Positions 36,437 through 46,730 of a DNA stretch of 64,000 nucleotides are shown piece by piece (positions within the stretch are counted from its first letter, which is position 1; every line of letters begins with the position of its first letter). Made by a program: the position numbers and the translations under genes. Location of the stretch: positions 27,764 to 91,763 of the forward strand of contig CAWJDE010000007.1 of NCBI GenBank assembly GCA_963841545.1, given 5' to 3'. This stretch comes from an uncultured Chloroflexia bacterium. GTDB taxonomy: Bacteria; Chloroflexota; Limnocylindria; Limnocylindrales; CSP1-4. The notes beneath the pieces were generated by a model. The model searched no databases. It was not told where the DNA came from and worked only from the letters and a program-made list of their open reading frames with translations.

Positions 36437-38224
36437 TCAGACGGCGACGGGCTCGCGGTACTCCCCGAAGACCTCGCGCAGGACCTGGCACTGCTCGCCC
36501 AGGGTCGCGTAGGCGGCAGCGCAGCGCAGGAAGTGGGGCATCAGGTTGACCTCGCTCGACCCCGGGCGCGACGCCGCCGCGCGCAGCCCGGCCAACGCGG
36601 CACTGACGGCCTCCGCGTCGCGCTCGGCCCGGACGCGCTCCAGCCGGGCAAGGTGCCGCTCCAGGGATCCTTCGGGCACCTCGAGCACGGGCACCCGGAT
36701 CGGCTCGCCCTGGACGTACCGGTTGACCCCGACGATGCCGCGCTCCTGGGCCTCGAACTCGCGCTGGAACCGGTACGCGGCGTCGGCGATCTCGCGCTGC
36801 GGGTAGCCGTCGGCGATGGCCGCCACCATCCCACCCCGTCGATCGATCTCGTCGAGATACCGCCAGACCTCGCGCTCGACCCAATTCGTCAGCGACTCCA
36901 CGAACCATGAGCCGCCCAGCGGATCGACGGTCGAGGCAACACCCGTCTCCTCGAACAGCACCTGCTGCTGGCGCAGCGCGAGCAGCGCGGCCTCGGCCGT
37001 CGGCACCGCCAGCGCCTCGTCGTAGGCATCGGTGTGCAGGCTCTGCGTCCCGCCGAGGATCGCGGCCAGGGCCTGCGATGCGACCCGGGTGAGGTTGTTG
37101 AGCGGCTGCTGCGGGGTGAGGGACACGCCGGCGGTCTGCGAGTGGAACCGCATCCAGCCCGAGCGCTCGTTCTCGGCCCGGTAGCGCTCGCTCATGAGCT
37201 TCCACCAGATCCGTCGCGAGGCGCGGAACTTGGCGATCTCCTCGAAGAAGTCGGAATGGCTGTTGAAGAAGAACGACAGCCGCGGCGCGAACTCGTCGAC
37301 CCGCAGGCCGCGCGCCATGGTCGCCTCGACGTACGCCATCCCGTCGGCGATGGTGAACGCAAGCTCCTGGACCGCAGTCGAGCCCGCCTCCCGGATGTGG
37401 TAGCCGCTGATCGAGACGGTGTTCCACCTCGGCAGCTCGCGCGTCCCGAACTCGATCGTGTCGACGACCAGGCGCATCGACGGCTCGGGCGGGAACAGGA
37501 ACTCCTTCTGGGCGACGTACTCCTTGAGGATGTCGTTCTGGGTGGTGCCCTCGAGCGCGGCGCGGGGCACGCCCGCCTTCTCGGCCGCCGCGATGTACAT
37601 CGCCCAGATCGGCGCGGCCGGTGCGTTGATCGTCATCGAGGTGCTCACCCGGTCGAGCGGCAGGCCCGCCAGCAGCACCTCCATGTCGGCCAGGCTGCTG
37701 ACCGCGACCCCGCACGTTCCGAACTCGCCCTCGGCCTCGGGATCGTCGGTGTCGTAGCCGTACAGGGTGGGCATGTCGTAGGCGACCGAGAGCCCGGTCT
37801 GGCCCGCGTCGAGCAGCTGGCGGAAGCGGGCGTTCGTGTCCTCCGCGCTGCCGAAGCCCGCGAACATGCGCATCGTCCACGGCCGCGAGCGGTATCCCGT
37901 GGGATGGACCCCACGGGTGAACGGCGGCTCACCAGGCAGGCCGATGTCGCGCGGGCCGTCGAACGCCGCGTACCGCCCGACACCATCGCGCAGCGGCTCG
38001 CCGTGGTGGTCCACCGCGGTCGGCCCACCCGGACCGGACGGCCCGCCGCCGGGTCCCTCGACGGGCGCTTCGAGATCCCACGGGCCATACACACCGTCGA
38101 TGGGGAGGTCGCCCAGGGTGCTGAACCGGTCTCTCCGCTCCGGCAGGCGATCGAGCGACGGCGTCAGGCGCTCGACGCGCCAGGCCCGGCGGCGCTCGGA
38201 CCAGGCGTCGGGACGATCGCTCAT
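36437..38224 (-). CDS. icmA: B12-dependent acyl-CoA mutase large (catalytic TIM-barrel) subunit, isobutyryl-CoA-mutase-like
   Basis: It starts at MSDRPDAW inside the 893-aa track ORF and has the MCM N-terminal-domain signature ([40 protein letters not shown]). It lacks the fused B12 domain. It has Phe where MCM has Tyr89, and Gln (VAQKEF) where MCM has Arg207. Confidence 0.85.
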   Translation of the reverse strand: MSDRPDAWSERRRAWRVERLTPSLDRLPERRDRFSTLGDLPIDGVYGPWDLEAPVEGPGGGPSGPGGPTAVDHHGEPLRDGVGRYAAFDGPRDIGLPGEPPFTRGVHPTGYRSRPWTMRMFAGFGSAEDTNARFRQLLDAGQTGLSVAYDMPTLYGYDTDDPEAEGEFGTCGVAVSSLADMEVLLAGLPLDRVSTSMTINAPAAPIWAMYIAAAEKAGVPRAALEGTTQNDILKEYVAQKEFLFPPEPSMRLVVDTIEFGTRELPRWNTVSISGYHIREAGSTAVQELAFTIADGMAYVEATMARGLRVDEFAPRLSFFFNSHSDFFEEIAKFRASRRIWWKLMSERYRAENERSGWMRFHSQTAGVSLTPQQPLNNLTRVASQALAAILGGTQSLHTDAYDEALAVPTAEAALLALRQQQVLFEETGVASTVDPLGGSWFVESLTNWVEREVWRYLDEIDRRGGMVAAIADGYPQREIADAAYRFQREFEAQERGIVGVNRYVQGEPIRVPVLEVPEGSLERHLARLERVRAERDAEAVSAALAGLRAAASRPGSSEVNLMPHFLRCAAAYATLGEQCQVLREVFGEYREPVAV

Positions 38225-38257
38225 GGCCCCGGACTGTAGCACCGGGCCGGCCCCCGG

Positions 38258-38325
38258 ACCGGGCGACGGACTTCGGGCGACGGACTCGGGCGACGGACTC
38301 GGGCGACGGACTCCGGGCGGGAACA
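38258..38325. repeat. 15-nt tandem repeat (gggcgacggactcgg), about 4 copies, in a divergent promoter region
   Basis: It lies between the icmA start (minus strand) and the merB-like start (plus strand). Confidence 0.75.
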
Positions 38326-38377
38326 GCGCCGACGACACCGCCGACGACCCGCTTGCCACCGCCGCTACAGTCGGTGG

Positions 38378-39043
38378 ATGGCGCTCGACCTCGAGGCGCT
38401 CCGCGTCGCGGTCTATCGCTCGCTCGCGGCCACCGCCCGTGCGCCCGAGCGGGCCCAGCTCCTCGCGGAGCTGGACGCGACGGACGCAGAGGTGGTCGCC
38501 GGCCTGCGTGCGCTCCACGACGCGCATCAGCTGGTGCTCGATGACAGGGGCGACATCGTGCTGGCCCATCCGTTCGCGACCGTCGATCTCGGGTTCTCGG
38601 TCAAGGGCCGGCACACCCTGTGGTGGGGCGGCTGCGTCTGGGATTCGTTCGCGATCCCGCATCTCGTGCCGTCCGAGCCCGAGGTCCTGGTTGCCACGAC
38701 CTGCCCCGCGTGCGACCGCCCGCACGCCTGGGTCGTCGGACGCGACGGGCCACCGACGGGCGACCAGGTCGCCCATTTCCTGGTCCCGGTCCGGTCGATG
38801 TGGGACGACATCCTCCGAACCTGTGGCAACCAGCGCGTCTTCTGCAGCGTGATCTGCATCGACGCGTGGCTCGCCCGTGAGCGCCTGCAGCGTGGCTCGA
38901 TCGCGGACCTCGTCACGGTCTGGCAGCTCGCGAGCCACTGGTACGACGGCCGGCTCGAGCGCGGCTACCGGCGCCGGGAGCCGGACGAGGCGGCCGGCTA
39001 CTTCCGTCAGGCGGGGCTGCGCGGGCCGTTCTGGGGCTCGTAG
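38378..39043 (+). CDS. MerB-like organomercurial (alkylmercury) lyase-family protein
   Basis: CxxD (GGCVWD) and a downstream Cys (VFCSVIC) are spaced like MerB Cys96/Asp99/Cys159. An N-terminal helical domain is present. Confidence 0.65.
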   Translation: MALDLEALRVAVYRSLAATARAPERAQLLAELDATDAEVVAGLRALHDAHQLVLDDRGDIVLAHPFATVDLGFSVKGRHTLWWGGCVWDSFAIPHLVPSEPEVLVATTCPACDRPHAWVVGRDGPPTGDQVAHFLVPVRSMWDDILRTCGNQRVFCSVICIDAWLARERLQRGSIADLVTVWQLASHWYDGRLERGYRRREPDEAAGYFRQAGLRGPFWGS

Positions 39044-39071
39044 GCGCCCGGTGGCGAACCGGACCGTGGGC

Positions 39072-39728
39072 TCAGAGCGACCCGAAGGTGTCCAGCGCCT
39101 TGAGCACGTTCGCGTCACCCAGGTCCGACGCGAGCAGGACCATCACTCGCCCCGGCTCCGACGCCGGCCAGGCGACGATGGTCTGCCCGGTGCCGTCGCT
39201 CTGGAGCACGTCCAGCCGCGAGCCGGGCCGTCCGGCGACGGTGAGCTCCGAGGTGGCGATCTTCTCCACCTTGCTGTTGCCCGACGCACCTGCCTGGTAG
39301 AAGTCGATCATCGCGCCCGGCGTGAGCCCGTCCGCCTCGAACACCGCGACCGTCAGCGCCGTGCCCCCCGCCAGCTCCCAGGTGGCGCCGGCGAAGTGGA
39401 CGCTCGAGATCCCCAGGCCCGCCAGGGCACCCAGCGCGCCCTCGGTGCAGCTCCGGCCCGAGTCGACGTTGTCCGGGGGCTGCCCTTCGTACTGGGTGGG
39501 TAACCGGGCTTCGAGATCCGGATAGGCGCCGGGCTGGCGTCCATCGGTGGTGCACGGCGAGGTGGGGTCGAAGCTGACCACGGGGATCGACGAGCCGCAG
39601 GCCGCGACGACGACGGCGATGAGCGCGGTACGGACGAGGCGCGGGGAACGGCGGATCACGTGGTTGAGCGTACCGGTGACCGGCCGGTCGCGAGCCGCCG
39701 AGCCTGCCGAGACGCACGATCCCGCCAC
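39072..39728 (-). CDS. putative lipoprotein / secreted hypothetical protein
   Basis: A signal peptide with a lipobox-like [12 protein letters not shown]. The start is uncertain. Confidence 0.5.
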   Translation of the reverse strand: MAGSCVSAGSAARDRPVTGTLNHVIRRSPRLVRTALIAVVVAACGSSIPVVSFDPTSPCTTDGRQPGAYPDLEARLPTQYEGQPPDNVDSGRSCTEGALGALAGLGISSVHFAGATWELAGGTALTVAVFEADGLTPGAMIDFYQAGASGNSKVEKIATSELTVAGRPGSRLDVLQSDGTGQTIVAWPASEPGRVMVLLASDLGDANVLKALDTFGSL

Positions 39729-40203
39729 GCCCCACGCACGATTGCGGAGGATTCCCTATCCCGGCGATGGTCGCAGCCGGGCGCGATCCGATGGTCCCGG
39801 CGGTGCAGCGGCGCGCCTGACGATCGCCCACGGCCGAACCGGGACCCGAAGGCCATTGAGATCTGCGCGCCGCCCTCGTACGTTGTAGACCGCGTTAGCA
39901 ACGCACCGACCCCGCGACGCACCGGGGGAAAACCTGGGGCGTCGGCCACGGATCATCGGGCCGGACGACCCGGCCGTCGAGGACGCTCGGCGGCACGGGG
40001 GTTCCGGGTCCGGGATCACGAGTCGAGTGATAGCGTAAGCAGCCGGCAGGCCCGGTCGCGGGGCGGGTGCACTCATCGGACCTTCATCGCGCCTCCGGTG
40101 GTTTCACCGGGGGCGCTTTCATGCCCGCCGGGCGCTCGCCGTCCGCGTGACCCGCGTCGCGTTCATGGGGCCTGGCGTCTTCCGGCCAGGCGAGCGCCGG
40201 CGA

Positions 40204-40965
40204 TCAGTGGAACGGGTTCGACTGCCAGCCCGGGCGTGGCGGCCGGTGCTGCCGGCGGATCCCGCGGCGGTCGAGCTCTCCGCGGATCACCCGCGCGGCC
40301 ATCGCGAGCGCCGGGTCGCGGGTGATGGTTCCGGCCAGCCAGTCGATGTACGACGGCTCGAAGGCAGCGATCTCGCCCAGCGTGTGACCGTGGAACTTGC
40401 CGAACTCCATCTCGACGTCGAGGGCATCATCGAGGTCGGGGGCGACGGGCGGAACGTGCCCGGCGAGGATGTCGCGCTCCAGGGGTCCCGAAGGCTGGGA
40501 GGCCCGCAGCTCGGGTGCCCTCCGGGACATCCGTCGTGGCGGCTGGCCCGTCAGGGGGAGGCGCAGGCCCGGCGGCGTGATGGTCTGGTTCCGCGGGCGC
40601 ACCGTGCCGGTCAGGTCGAGACGCCCGGTGACCGGTCGAGTGGGACGCTCGGGGGGCGGCCAGCCGCGTGGCGTCTCGTGCGTCCCCGATCCCGTGCCGC
40701 CGGCCGTCCGGGCCCGGCCGGAGCGGGTCGCCCGACCGGTGGTCCCGTTGTGGTGCCCCTCGATCGTCTTGCCGGCCCGCGTCAACGCCGCGTACGCGGC
40801 GTTGATCTCGGCCATCCGCCGCGTCGCCCGGCGAACCGCTTCCGGGTCGTCGCCGGTCAGGTCGGGGTGGTGCTGGCGAGCGAGGGCGCGCCAGGCGGCC
40901 TTGATGTCGTCGGGGCTGGTGCCTTGCTCGATCCCGAGCACGCCGTACGGGTCCTTTGCGGGCAT
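40204..40965 (-). CDS. J-domain (DnaJ-like) protein with an uncharacterised C-terminal domain
   Basis: I chose the start MPAKDPYGVLGIE. The J domain carries the HPD motif (ARQHHPDL). Confidence 0.75.
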   Translation of the reverse strand: MPAKDPYGVLGIEQGTSPDDIKAAWRALARQHHPDLTGDDPEAVRRATRRMAEINAAYAALTRAGKTIEGHHNGTTGRATRSGRARTAGGTGSGTHETPRGWPPPERPTRPVTGRLDLTGTVRPRNQTITPPGLRLPLTGQPPRRMSRRAPELRASQPSGPLERDILAGHVPPVAPDLDDALDVEMEFGKFHGHTLGEIAAFEPSYIDWLAGTITRDPALAMAARVIRGELDRRGIRRQHRPPRPGWQSNPFH

Positions 40966-41063
40966 CCCTCGAGTGTACCGGCCCCGGCACCGGCGACCCC
41001 GGACGGGGATGACCCGGACCGGCCGCGCTTGACAGCACGGGCGAGGCGCGCTCCCCTTGACGC

Positions 41064-42356
41064 ATGTCACGTCTCGACCGAGCCCGCCGGGCCGGCCTGG
41101 TGGCCGCCCTGACGACGCTCCCGTTCGCCCTCGCCTACCGGTTCGCCATCGTGTACCGGGTGCGCGCCGGGTACCCGCACCGCCATCCGCCCGTCTGGAC
41201 GCCGGCCGACCTCGGCCTGCCGTTCGAGGAGATCGAGGTGCCGACCGACGACGGGATCACCCTCCCGGGCTGGTTCATCCGGTCGATCTGGGGCCAGGCG
41301 CGCGCACCGGGCGTGGTGCTCGTCCACGGCTGGGAGTCGGCCCGGGACCGGACGCTCCCCCACGCGATGGTGCTGCACGCCGCCGGGTTCCACGTGCTGA
41401 CGCTCGACGTCAGGGGCCACGGCGCGAACCCGCCCGAGTCGCTGCCGCTGTCGGTCGGCGAGTACGCGGCCGACGCGCGGGCCGGCGTTCGGGCGCTCCG
41501 CCGGCGGCCGGAGGTCACGACGATCGGGCTGCTGGGGCACTCGATGGGCGGCGCCGGCGTGCTCGTCGCGGCGGCGGGCGATCCGGACGTGTCCGCCGTG
41601 GTGGCCGTCGCCGCGCCGGCCGACCCCTATCGCCTCACGCGCCAGACCTTCCGGCTCGCACGGCTCCCGATCCCCGGCCCGATCGCCTGGCCGCTGGCCT
41701 GGCTCACGACCCGCGTCTACCTCAGGCCACGCAACCACACCGTGTCATCGGTCAGCGCGACCCGCGCGGTGCGCGAGATCGATGTCCCGGTCATGCTCGC
41801 CCACGGCACCGAGGATGCCGTGGTGCCCGTCGGGCATCTCGACCGCCTGGCTGCGGTTCGCCGCGAGGCCCGGCCCGACGCCGTGACCGAGACCCTGGTC
41901 GTGCGCGGCGGTCACCACTCGTGGCTCTACGAGGACCCCGAATATCGGGCGGCGATCGCCCGCTTCCTGGCGGCCTCGCTGGGCGGACCCGGGACCCCCG
42001 AGGAGGCGGCGGCCCTGGCGGCGCCGGTCGACGCCACGCGCCTGCCCGAGCCCGAGCGGCTTTCGGCGATCGACCGCGAGCCGGGCGGCATCCGATCGCT
42101 GGCGTCGATGCTGCGCCGTCGCCTGGCCAGCGAGCCCGGGCCCGGGTCGGGGCCGCCAGGCCGCGAACCCACGGAGCCGGATCCCGGTGATGCCTCGGGC
42201 AGGTCCGGAGCGTCGCACGTGCCGGATCTGCCGGGCATGTCGCGCGTGCCCGATGTACCGGGCAGGTCGCGCGTGCCGGATCTGCCGCGCGTGCCCGAGA
42301 TGCCGGGCGTGCCCGAGATGCCGGGCGTGCCCGAGATGCCGGGAGTGCCGCGATGA
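41064..42356 (+). CDS. alpha/beta hydrolase-fold protein with an N-terminal TM segment and a C-terminal PEMPGV repeat tail
   Basis: A nucleophile elbow GHSMGG, an HGWES region, and a C-terminus that ends in 3 x PEMPGV. Confidence 0.8.
   Translation: MSRLDRARRAGLVAALTTLPFALAYRFAIVYRVRAGYPHRHPPVWTPADLGLPFEEIEVPTDDGITLPGWFIRSIWGQARAPGVVLVHGWESARDRTLPHAMVLHAAGFHVLTLDVRGHGANPPESLPLSVGEYAADARAGVRALRRRPEVTTIGLLGHSMGGAGVLVAAAGDPDVSAVVAVAAPADPYRLTRQTFRLARLPIPGPIAWPLAWLTTRVYLRPRNHTVSSVSATRAVREIDVPVMLAHGTEDAVVPVGHLDRLAAVRREARPDAVTETLVVRGGHHSWLYEDPEYRAAIARFLAASLGGPGTPEEAAALAAPVDATRLPEPERLSAIDREPGGIRSLASMLRRRLASEPGPGSGPPGREPTEPDPGDASGRSGASHVPDLPGMSRVPDVPGRSRVPDLPRVPEMPGVPEMPGVPEMPGVPR
42215..42352. repeat. 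in-frame tandem repeats (18-nt gtgcccgagatgccgggc x3 plus about 33-nt related units) at the 3' end of the hydrolase gene
   Basis: Direct repeats read from the sequence. Confidence 0.65.
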
Positions 42357-42883
42357 ACGTCCGCGACGCCGTCCACGCCAAGCGCGCGATCCGAGCCTTC
42401 GATCCGCGTCCCTTGCCCGAGGACGTGCTCGAGGCGATCCTGGATGCGGGACGGCGCGCCCACAGCGCCAAGAACCGCCAGCGCTGGGTGTTCATCGTGG
42501 TCCGCGACCGGGAGCGACTGCGCGCGCTGTCCACGCTCGGCCCATGGGCCGGGCACCTGGCCGGTGCGGCCGTCGCGGTGGCGCTGGTCACCCCGGACCC
42601 GCATGCGCCCGACGCGAAGCTGTCGATCACCTGGGACCTGGGCGGTGCCGCAGCCCAGATGATGCTGGTCGCCTGGGAGCTGGGTGTGGGCAGCTGCCCG
42701 GCCACCGTGTACGAGCCGGAGCGGGCGCGGGAGCTGCTGGGCTACCCGGCCGACCGCCATTGCGAGTTCATGCTCTCGTTCGGGTACCCCGCCGACCCCG
42801 CCGACCTCACGGCAGCCAACAAGCCCGGTGGACGCCGGCCACTCGCGGAGCTCGTGCGCCAGGAGCGCTGGCAGGGCGACTGA
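42353..42883 (+). CDS. nitroreductase-family protein
   Basis: The nitroreductase fold signature (RAIRAFDPRPLPEDVLEAILDAGRRAHSAKNRQRWVFIVV) is present. It overlaps the previous stop by ATGA. Confidence 0.85.
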   Translation: MNVRDAVHAKRAIRAFDPRPLPEDVLEAILDAGRRAHSAKNRQRWVFIVVRDRERLRALSTLGPWAGHLAGAAVAVALVTPDPHAPDAKLSITWDLGGAAAQMMLVAWELGVGSCPATVYEPERARELLGYPADRHCEFMLSFGYPADPADLTAANKPGGRRPLAELVRQERWQGD

Positions 42884-42961
42884 CCGGGAGGCGCGGACGG
42901 ATCGATCGCCCGCGCCGGGCAGGGCGATCGCGCAGACCGGCGACGTGCGCCGGCAGCCTGC

Positions 42962-44542
42962 CTACATCAGCTTGTAGCGCGGCCCTTCGCCGCCCTCGGG
43001 CGGCACCCAGCTGATGACCCCGGTCGGGCACTTGACCGTGCACGTCATGCAGTGGAGGCAGTTCGAGGGCGAGAGCACGATCTGCGAACCGTTCCAGCGA
43101 TACACGTCGCCCGGGCAGAAGTGCGTGCAGGCGTTGTCGTAATCGGCCTCGCAGGTCGCGCACGCCGCCGGGTCGGTGATCGTGATGTGCGGCGGCTCGT
43201 CCTCGCGGTGGAGCGCGCCCGTGAGCGACACGAACGTCGCGCCGTCCATCCGGCCCGGATCGGGCCGGTTGAGCCTGGCTCCCTTCTTCGTCGCCGGGCC
43301 GTCACGGTGCATGCCCAGCCGGCCGGGGATGAACGACTGGACCAGCGACAGTGGCGTGCCGGCGAACAGCCCGTACCGGAACACCTGTCGGTAGTTGCGC
43401 GCATGGCGCAGCTCGGGCAGCACGCCCCGGGTCTCGAGCCGGTCGCGGTAGCCGGTGAGCGAACCCACGCTCCCGTCGGCGCCCAGCGACTCGACCGCCG
43501 TGTCGGCCGCCGCCATGCCGGACAGGATCGCGTAGTGGATGCCCTTGATCTTCTCCATGTTCACGAGCCCGGCGCCGTCACCGACCAGCATCGCGCCCGG
43601 CGCCGTGAGCTCGGGCATCGCGTACCAGCCGCCTTCCGGGATCGTCTTGGCACCGGTCGCGACGGTGACGCCGCCCTTGAGGAGCCGGCTGATGTAGGGA
43701 TGCGCCCGGAACGTCTCGAACTCTCGCTGCGGATCGAGGTCGCCGTACTTCCAGTCGAGCCCGAGGATCAGGCCGACCGCGACCGTCTGCTCACCCAGCG
43801 AGTACAGGAAGCCGCCGCCGAAGACGCTGGGCCGGTTCGGGTAGCCAAGCGTGTGCATCACCCGGTTGTTGCCGAACGGGCTCGCCTCGGGGAACTGGAC
43901 GACGGCCTTGATGCCCAGCGAGTGGACCTGTGGGTTGGCGCCGCCCCCGAAGCGCTGGGCGAGCTGGGTCGAGATGACCCCGTGCGAGCCGTCGGCCACG
44001 ATCGTGATCGGCGCCCGGATCTCCTCGGCCGGGATGTGGTTGCCCTTCGGCGTCCCCCCGGCGGCGAGGCCCACCTCGGCCAGCCGGACGCCGCGCACGA
44101 CGCCGTCCTCGACGATCAGGTCGCGGGCCGAGAACCCGTGATAGATCTCGGCGCCGGCCTTGGTCGCCTGCTCGGCCAGGAACGCGACCAGGCGCGTGAT
44201 GGCGATCACGTAGTCGCCCGTGTGGTGCATCCGGGCGGGCACGATGCGAGCCGGGATCCGGTGCGCGGACGTCGCGCGCAGGAACAGCATGTCGTCGCGC
44301 TCGACCGGCACGAGGTGCTGGGTGAACGGATGGTGGATCCCCTTCCAGTCCGGGACCAGCTCGTCGAGGCAGCCCGCCTCGAAGGCGGCCCCCGAGAGCG
44401 CGTGGTTGCCCGGTGCCGGGGCCTTGTCGATGACCACCACGGACAGCTCGCGGCCGGCCTGGGCCGCCTGCTGCCTGACCCGGATGGCCGCGGCGAGGCC
44501 GGCGGGACCCGCGCCGACGATCAGGACGTCGATGCGCTCCAC
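42962..44542 (-). CDS. electron-transfer flavoprotein:quinone oxidoreductase (ETF-QO), with a C-terminal 4Fe-4S ferredoxin-like domain
   Basis: A GTG start 1 nt after the stop of the upstream etf gene, an FAD GxGxxG motif (IVGAGPAGLAAA), and a C-terminal Cys cluster (CATCEADYDNACTHFCPGD...CLHCMTCTVKCP). Confidence 0.85.
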   Translation of the reverse strand: MERIDVLIVGAGPAGLAAAIRVRQQAAQAGRELSVVVIDKAPAPGNHALSGAAFEAGCLDELVPDWKGIHHPFTQHLVPVERDDMLFLRATSAHRIPARIVPARMHHTGDYVIAITRLVAFLAEQATKAGAEIYHGFSARDLIVEDGVVRGVRLAEVGLAAGGTPKGNHIPAEEIRAPITIVADGSHGVISTQLAQRFGGGANPQVHSLGIKAVVQFPEASPFGNNRVMHTLGYPNRPSVFGGGFLYSLGEQTVAVGLILGLDWKYGDLDPQREFETFRAHPYISRLLKGGVTVATGAKTIPEGGWYAMPELTAPGAMLVGDGAGLVNMEKIKGIHYAILSGMAAADTAVESLGADGSVGSLTGYRDRLETRGVLPELRHARNYRQVFRYGLFAGTPLSLVQSFIPGRLGMHRDGPATKKGARLNRPDPGRMDGATFVSLTGALHREDEPPHITITDPAACATCEADYDNACTHFCPGDVYRWNGSQIVLSPSNCLHCMTCTVKCPTGVISWVPPEGGEGPRYKLM

Positions 44543-44543
44543 G

Positions 44544-46435
44544 TCATGCCTCCTGCGTCGCGCGGACGAGCTCGGGCACGACCGTCTCGAGGTCGCCCAC
44601 GACGCCGAAGTCCGCGTAGTTGAAGATCCGCGCCCGCGGGTCCTTGTTGATCGCCACCACCGTGTCCGACATCTGCATCCCGGACACGTGCTGGACGGCA
44701 CCCGAGATGCCGACCGCGATGTACAGCTTGGGCGCGACCGTCTGGCCGGTCTGGCCCACCTGGTAGTCGTGGGTCGTGTAGCCGTCCTCGACCGCGTGCC
44801 GGGACGCGGCGACCTTGGCCTCGTCGCCGAGCACGTGCTCGAGCCCGTCGGCGAGCGGCTGCAGGAACCGCTCGAACTCCACCCTGGAGCGGATGCCATG
44901 GCCGCCCGCGACGATGATCTTGGCGTCCCGGATGCTGACCTTGGATACGAACGACTCGACCGGCGTGATCTCGACGCCCAGGTCGTGGGCCTCGAGCTCC
45001 GGCACGACCCGGACGACGTCGCCCGTGCGCGCGTCGTCGCGTCGCGGAACCTTGAACACGCCGGGCCGGACGGTCGCCATCTGGGTCGGCAAATCCTTGG
45101 TCATGATCGTGGCCATGATGTTGCCGCCGAGAGCCGGACGGGTCTGCTTGAGGATCCCGGTCAGCTCCTGGCCGCCCTTGGCATGGTCGCCGATCTCGAG
45201 CTTGGTGCAGTCGGCGGTCAGCCCCGAATCGCAGGCGTAGGCGACGCGCGGTGCGAGCTCGCGGCCCATCGGCGTCGCCCCGAACAGCATCACCTGCGGC
45301 CGTCGCTCGCGGACGAGATCGGCGATCGCCTTCTTCCACGGGATGGGCGAGAACTCCGCCAGCATCGGGTGCTCGAGCGAGTACACGACGTCGGCCCCGT
45401 GGGCGATCAGCTCGGCGGGCAGCTCGCCCCCCTCGGCGCCCGTCAGGACCACACCCACCCGCTCACCCAGGAACGCGGCCAGCTCGCGCGTCTTGCCCAG
45501 CAGCTCGAGCGAGACCGACTTCAGCCCGTCGCCCTCGCGCTCGGCCAGCACCCAGAGCTCGCCGCGAAAGGTCGGCTCGCGGCCGTCGAGCACGTAGGCG
45601 CCCTCCTCGTGGGCCGCGGGCCCGCCGCCGGCGAGGCGGTACTTGGCCTGGACGCGGCGCAGGAGGTCGGCGACGTCGGGGATCATCTCGCACGTCTTCG
45701 CGCGGTCCTCGGCCGGCGAGAAGATCCGGTAGACCTGCGTCCGGCTGCCCTTGATGCCGACCCGGTCGGGCGCCGCGCCCACGTCGGCGGCCGACCACGT
45801 CCGGATCTCCGCGTCGCGCGCCGCGCGCGCCGCGTGGAACCCGCGGTACAGGGTGTCGGTGCACGAGGTGACCGTCACCAGGACGGGGAACCGTCGCGGG
45901 ACGATGTCCTCGGTGCCCTGGGCGCCGATGCGGCGGAAGGTCAGCTCGGGATCGGTCCGCACGCCCTGCGCGTACGCGATCTGCTCGATGCCCAGGTCCT
46001 CGGCGATCTGCGGGGGCACCTGTGCGGTGTCGCCGTCGACCGACTGCATGCCGGTCACGATCAGGTAGTCGTGGCTGCCGTCGAACAGCTCGGTCTCGAT
46101 GCGCCGGATCGCCATGGCCAGCGAGTACGCCGTCGCGACCGTATCCGCGCCGCCCATGGTCCGGTCGGTCAGCAGGATCGCCTCACCTGGCGCCCGCGAC
46201 AGGCAGTCCACCAGCACATCGCGGGCCTGCGGGGGGCCCATGGTCAGGTAGATCGTCTTCGCGTCCGGATCACCGGCGGTGATCCGGCGAGCAAAGCTCA
46301 GCGCGTGCAGATCGAGCGGGTTGAGGACGCTCTCGAGCATGGCGCGACGGAGCGTGCCCTTGTCGCGGTCCCAGGCATCCTCGGGGATGTTCGAGACGTC
46401 CGGGACCTGCTTGACGAGAACGATGCAGTGCATAT
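44544..46435 (-). CDS. fused electron-transfer flavoprotein beta-alpha (EtfB-EtfA in one polypeptide)
   Basis: It starts at [12 protein letters not shown], typical of an EtfB N-terminus, and continues without a stop into an EtfA-like C-terminal half with FAD-binding motifs ([19 protein letters not shown]). The fused protein is about 630 aa. Confidence 0.85.
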
Positions 46436-46730
46436 GGCACCCGGTGCAGGGGGCGGCCCGCGTGACGGGCCTGTCAACAGCGCGCGGCGTTGGTCGCGAT
46501 CGTGCGGTCGCCCCGACTATCGTCCCCGGTCGGGTCATCCTGGCATAGGGAGGACGGACGGTGATCCGGCCTGCCGATGGCCCCTCGAACCCTGCCGAGC
46601 GACCCGTGTCCACGGGACCCTCGGCGCCGGGCCACCGGGACCGTGACCCTCGCCGCCGTGGCGGCAGGGGTGGCCGGCTCGGCGGGCCGCGGGCCGGCGG
46701 CGCTCCCGGCGCCCCAGCTGCCACGGGCCG

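Noticed and set aside
36120-37880. 586-aa minus-strand ORF overlapping the mutase gene
   Set aside because: It is an alternative frame of the clearly conserved acyl-CoA mutase large subunit, and its product is low-complexity.
39728-40204. Possible riboswitch or ncRNA in the roughly 480-bp gap upstream of the lipoprotein gene
   Set aside because: I could not recognise any known riboswitch consensus or a convincing conserved stem-loop set by eye. A covariance-model scan would be needed.
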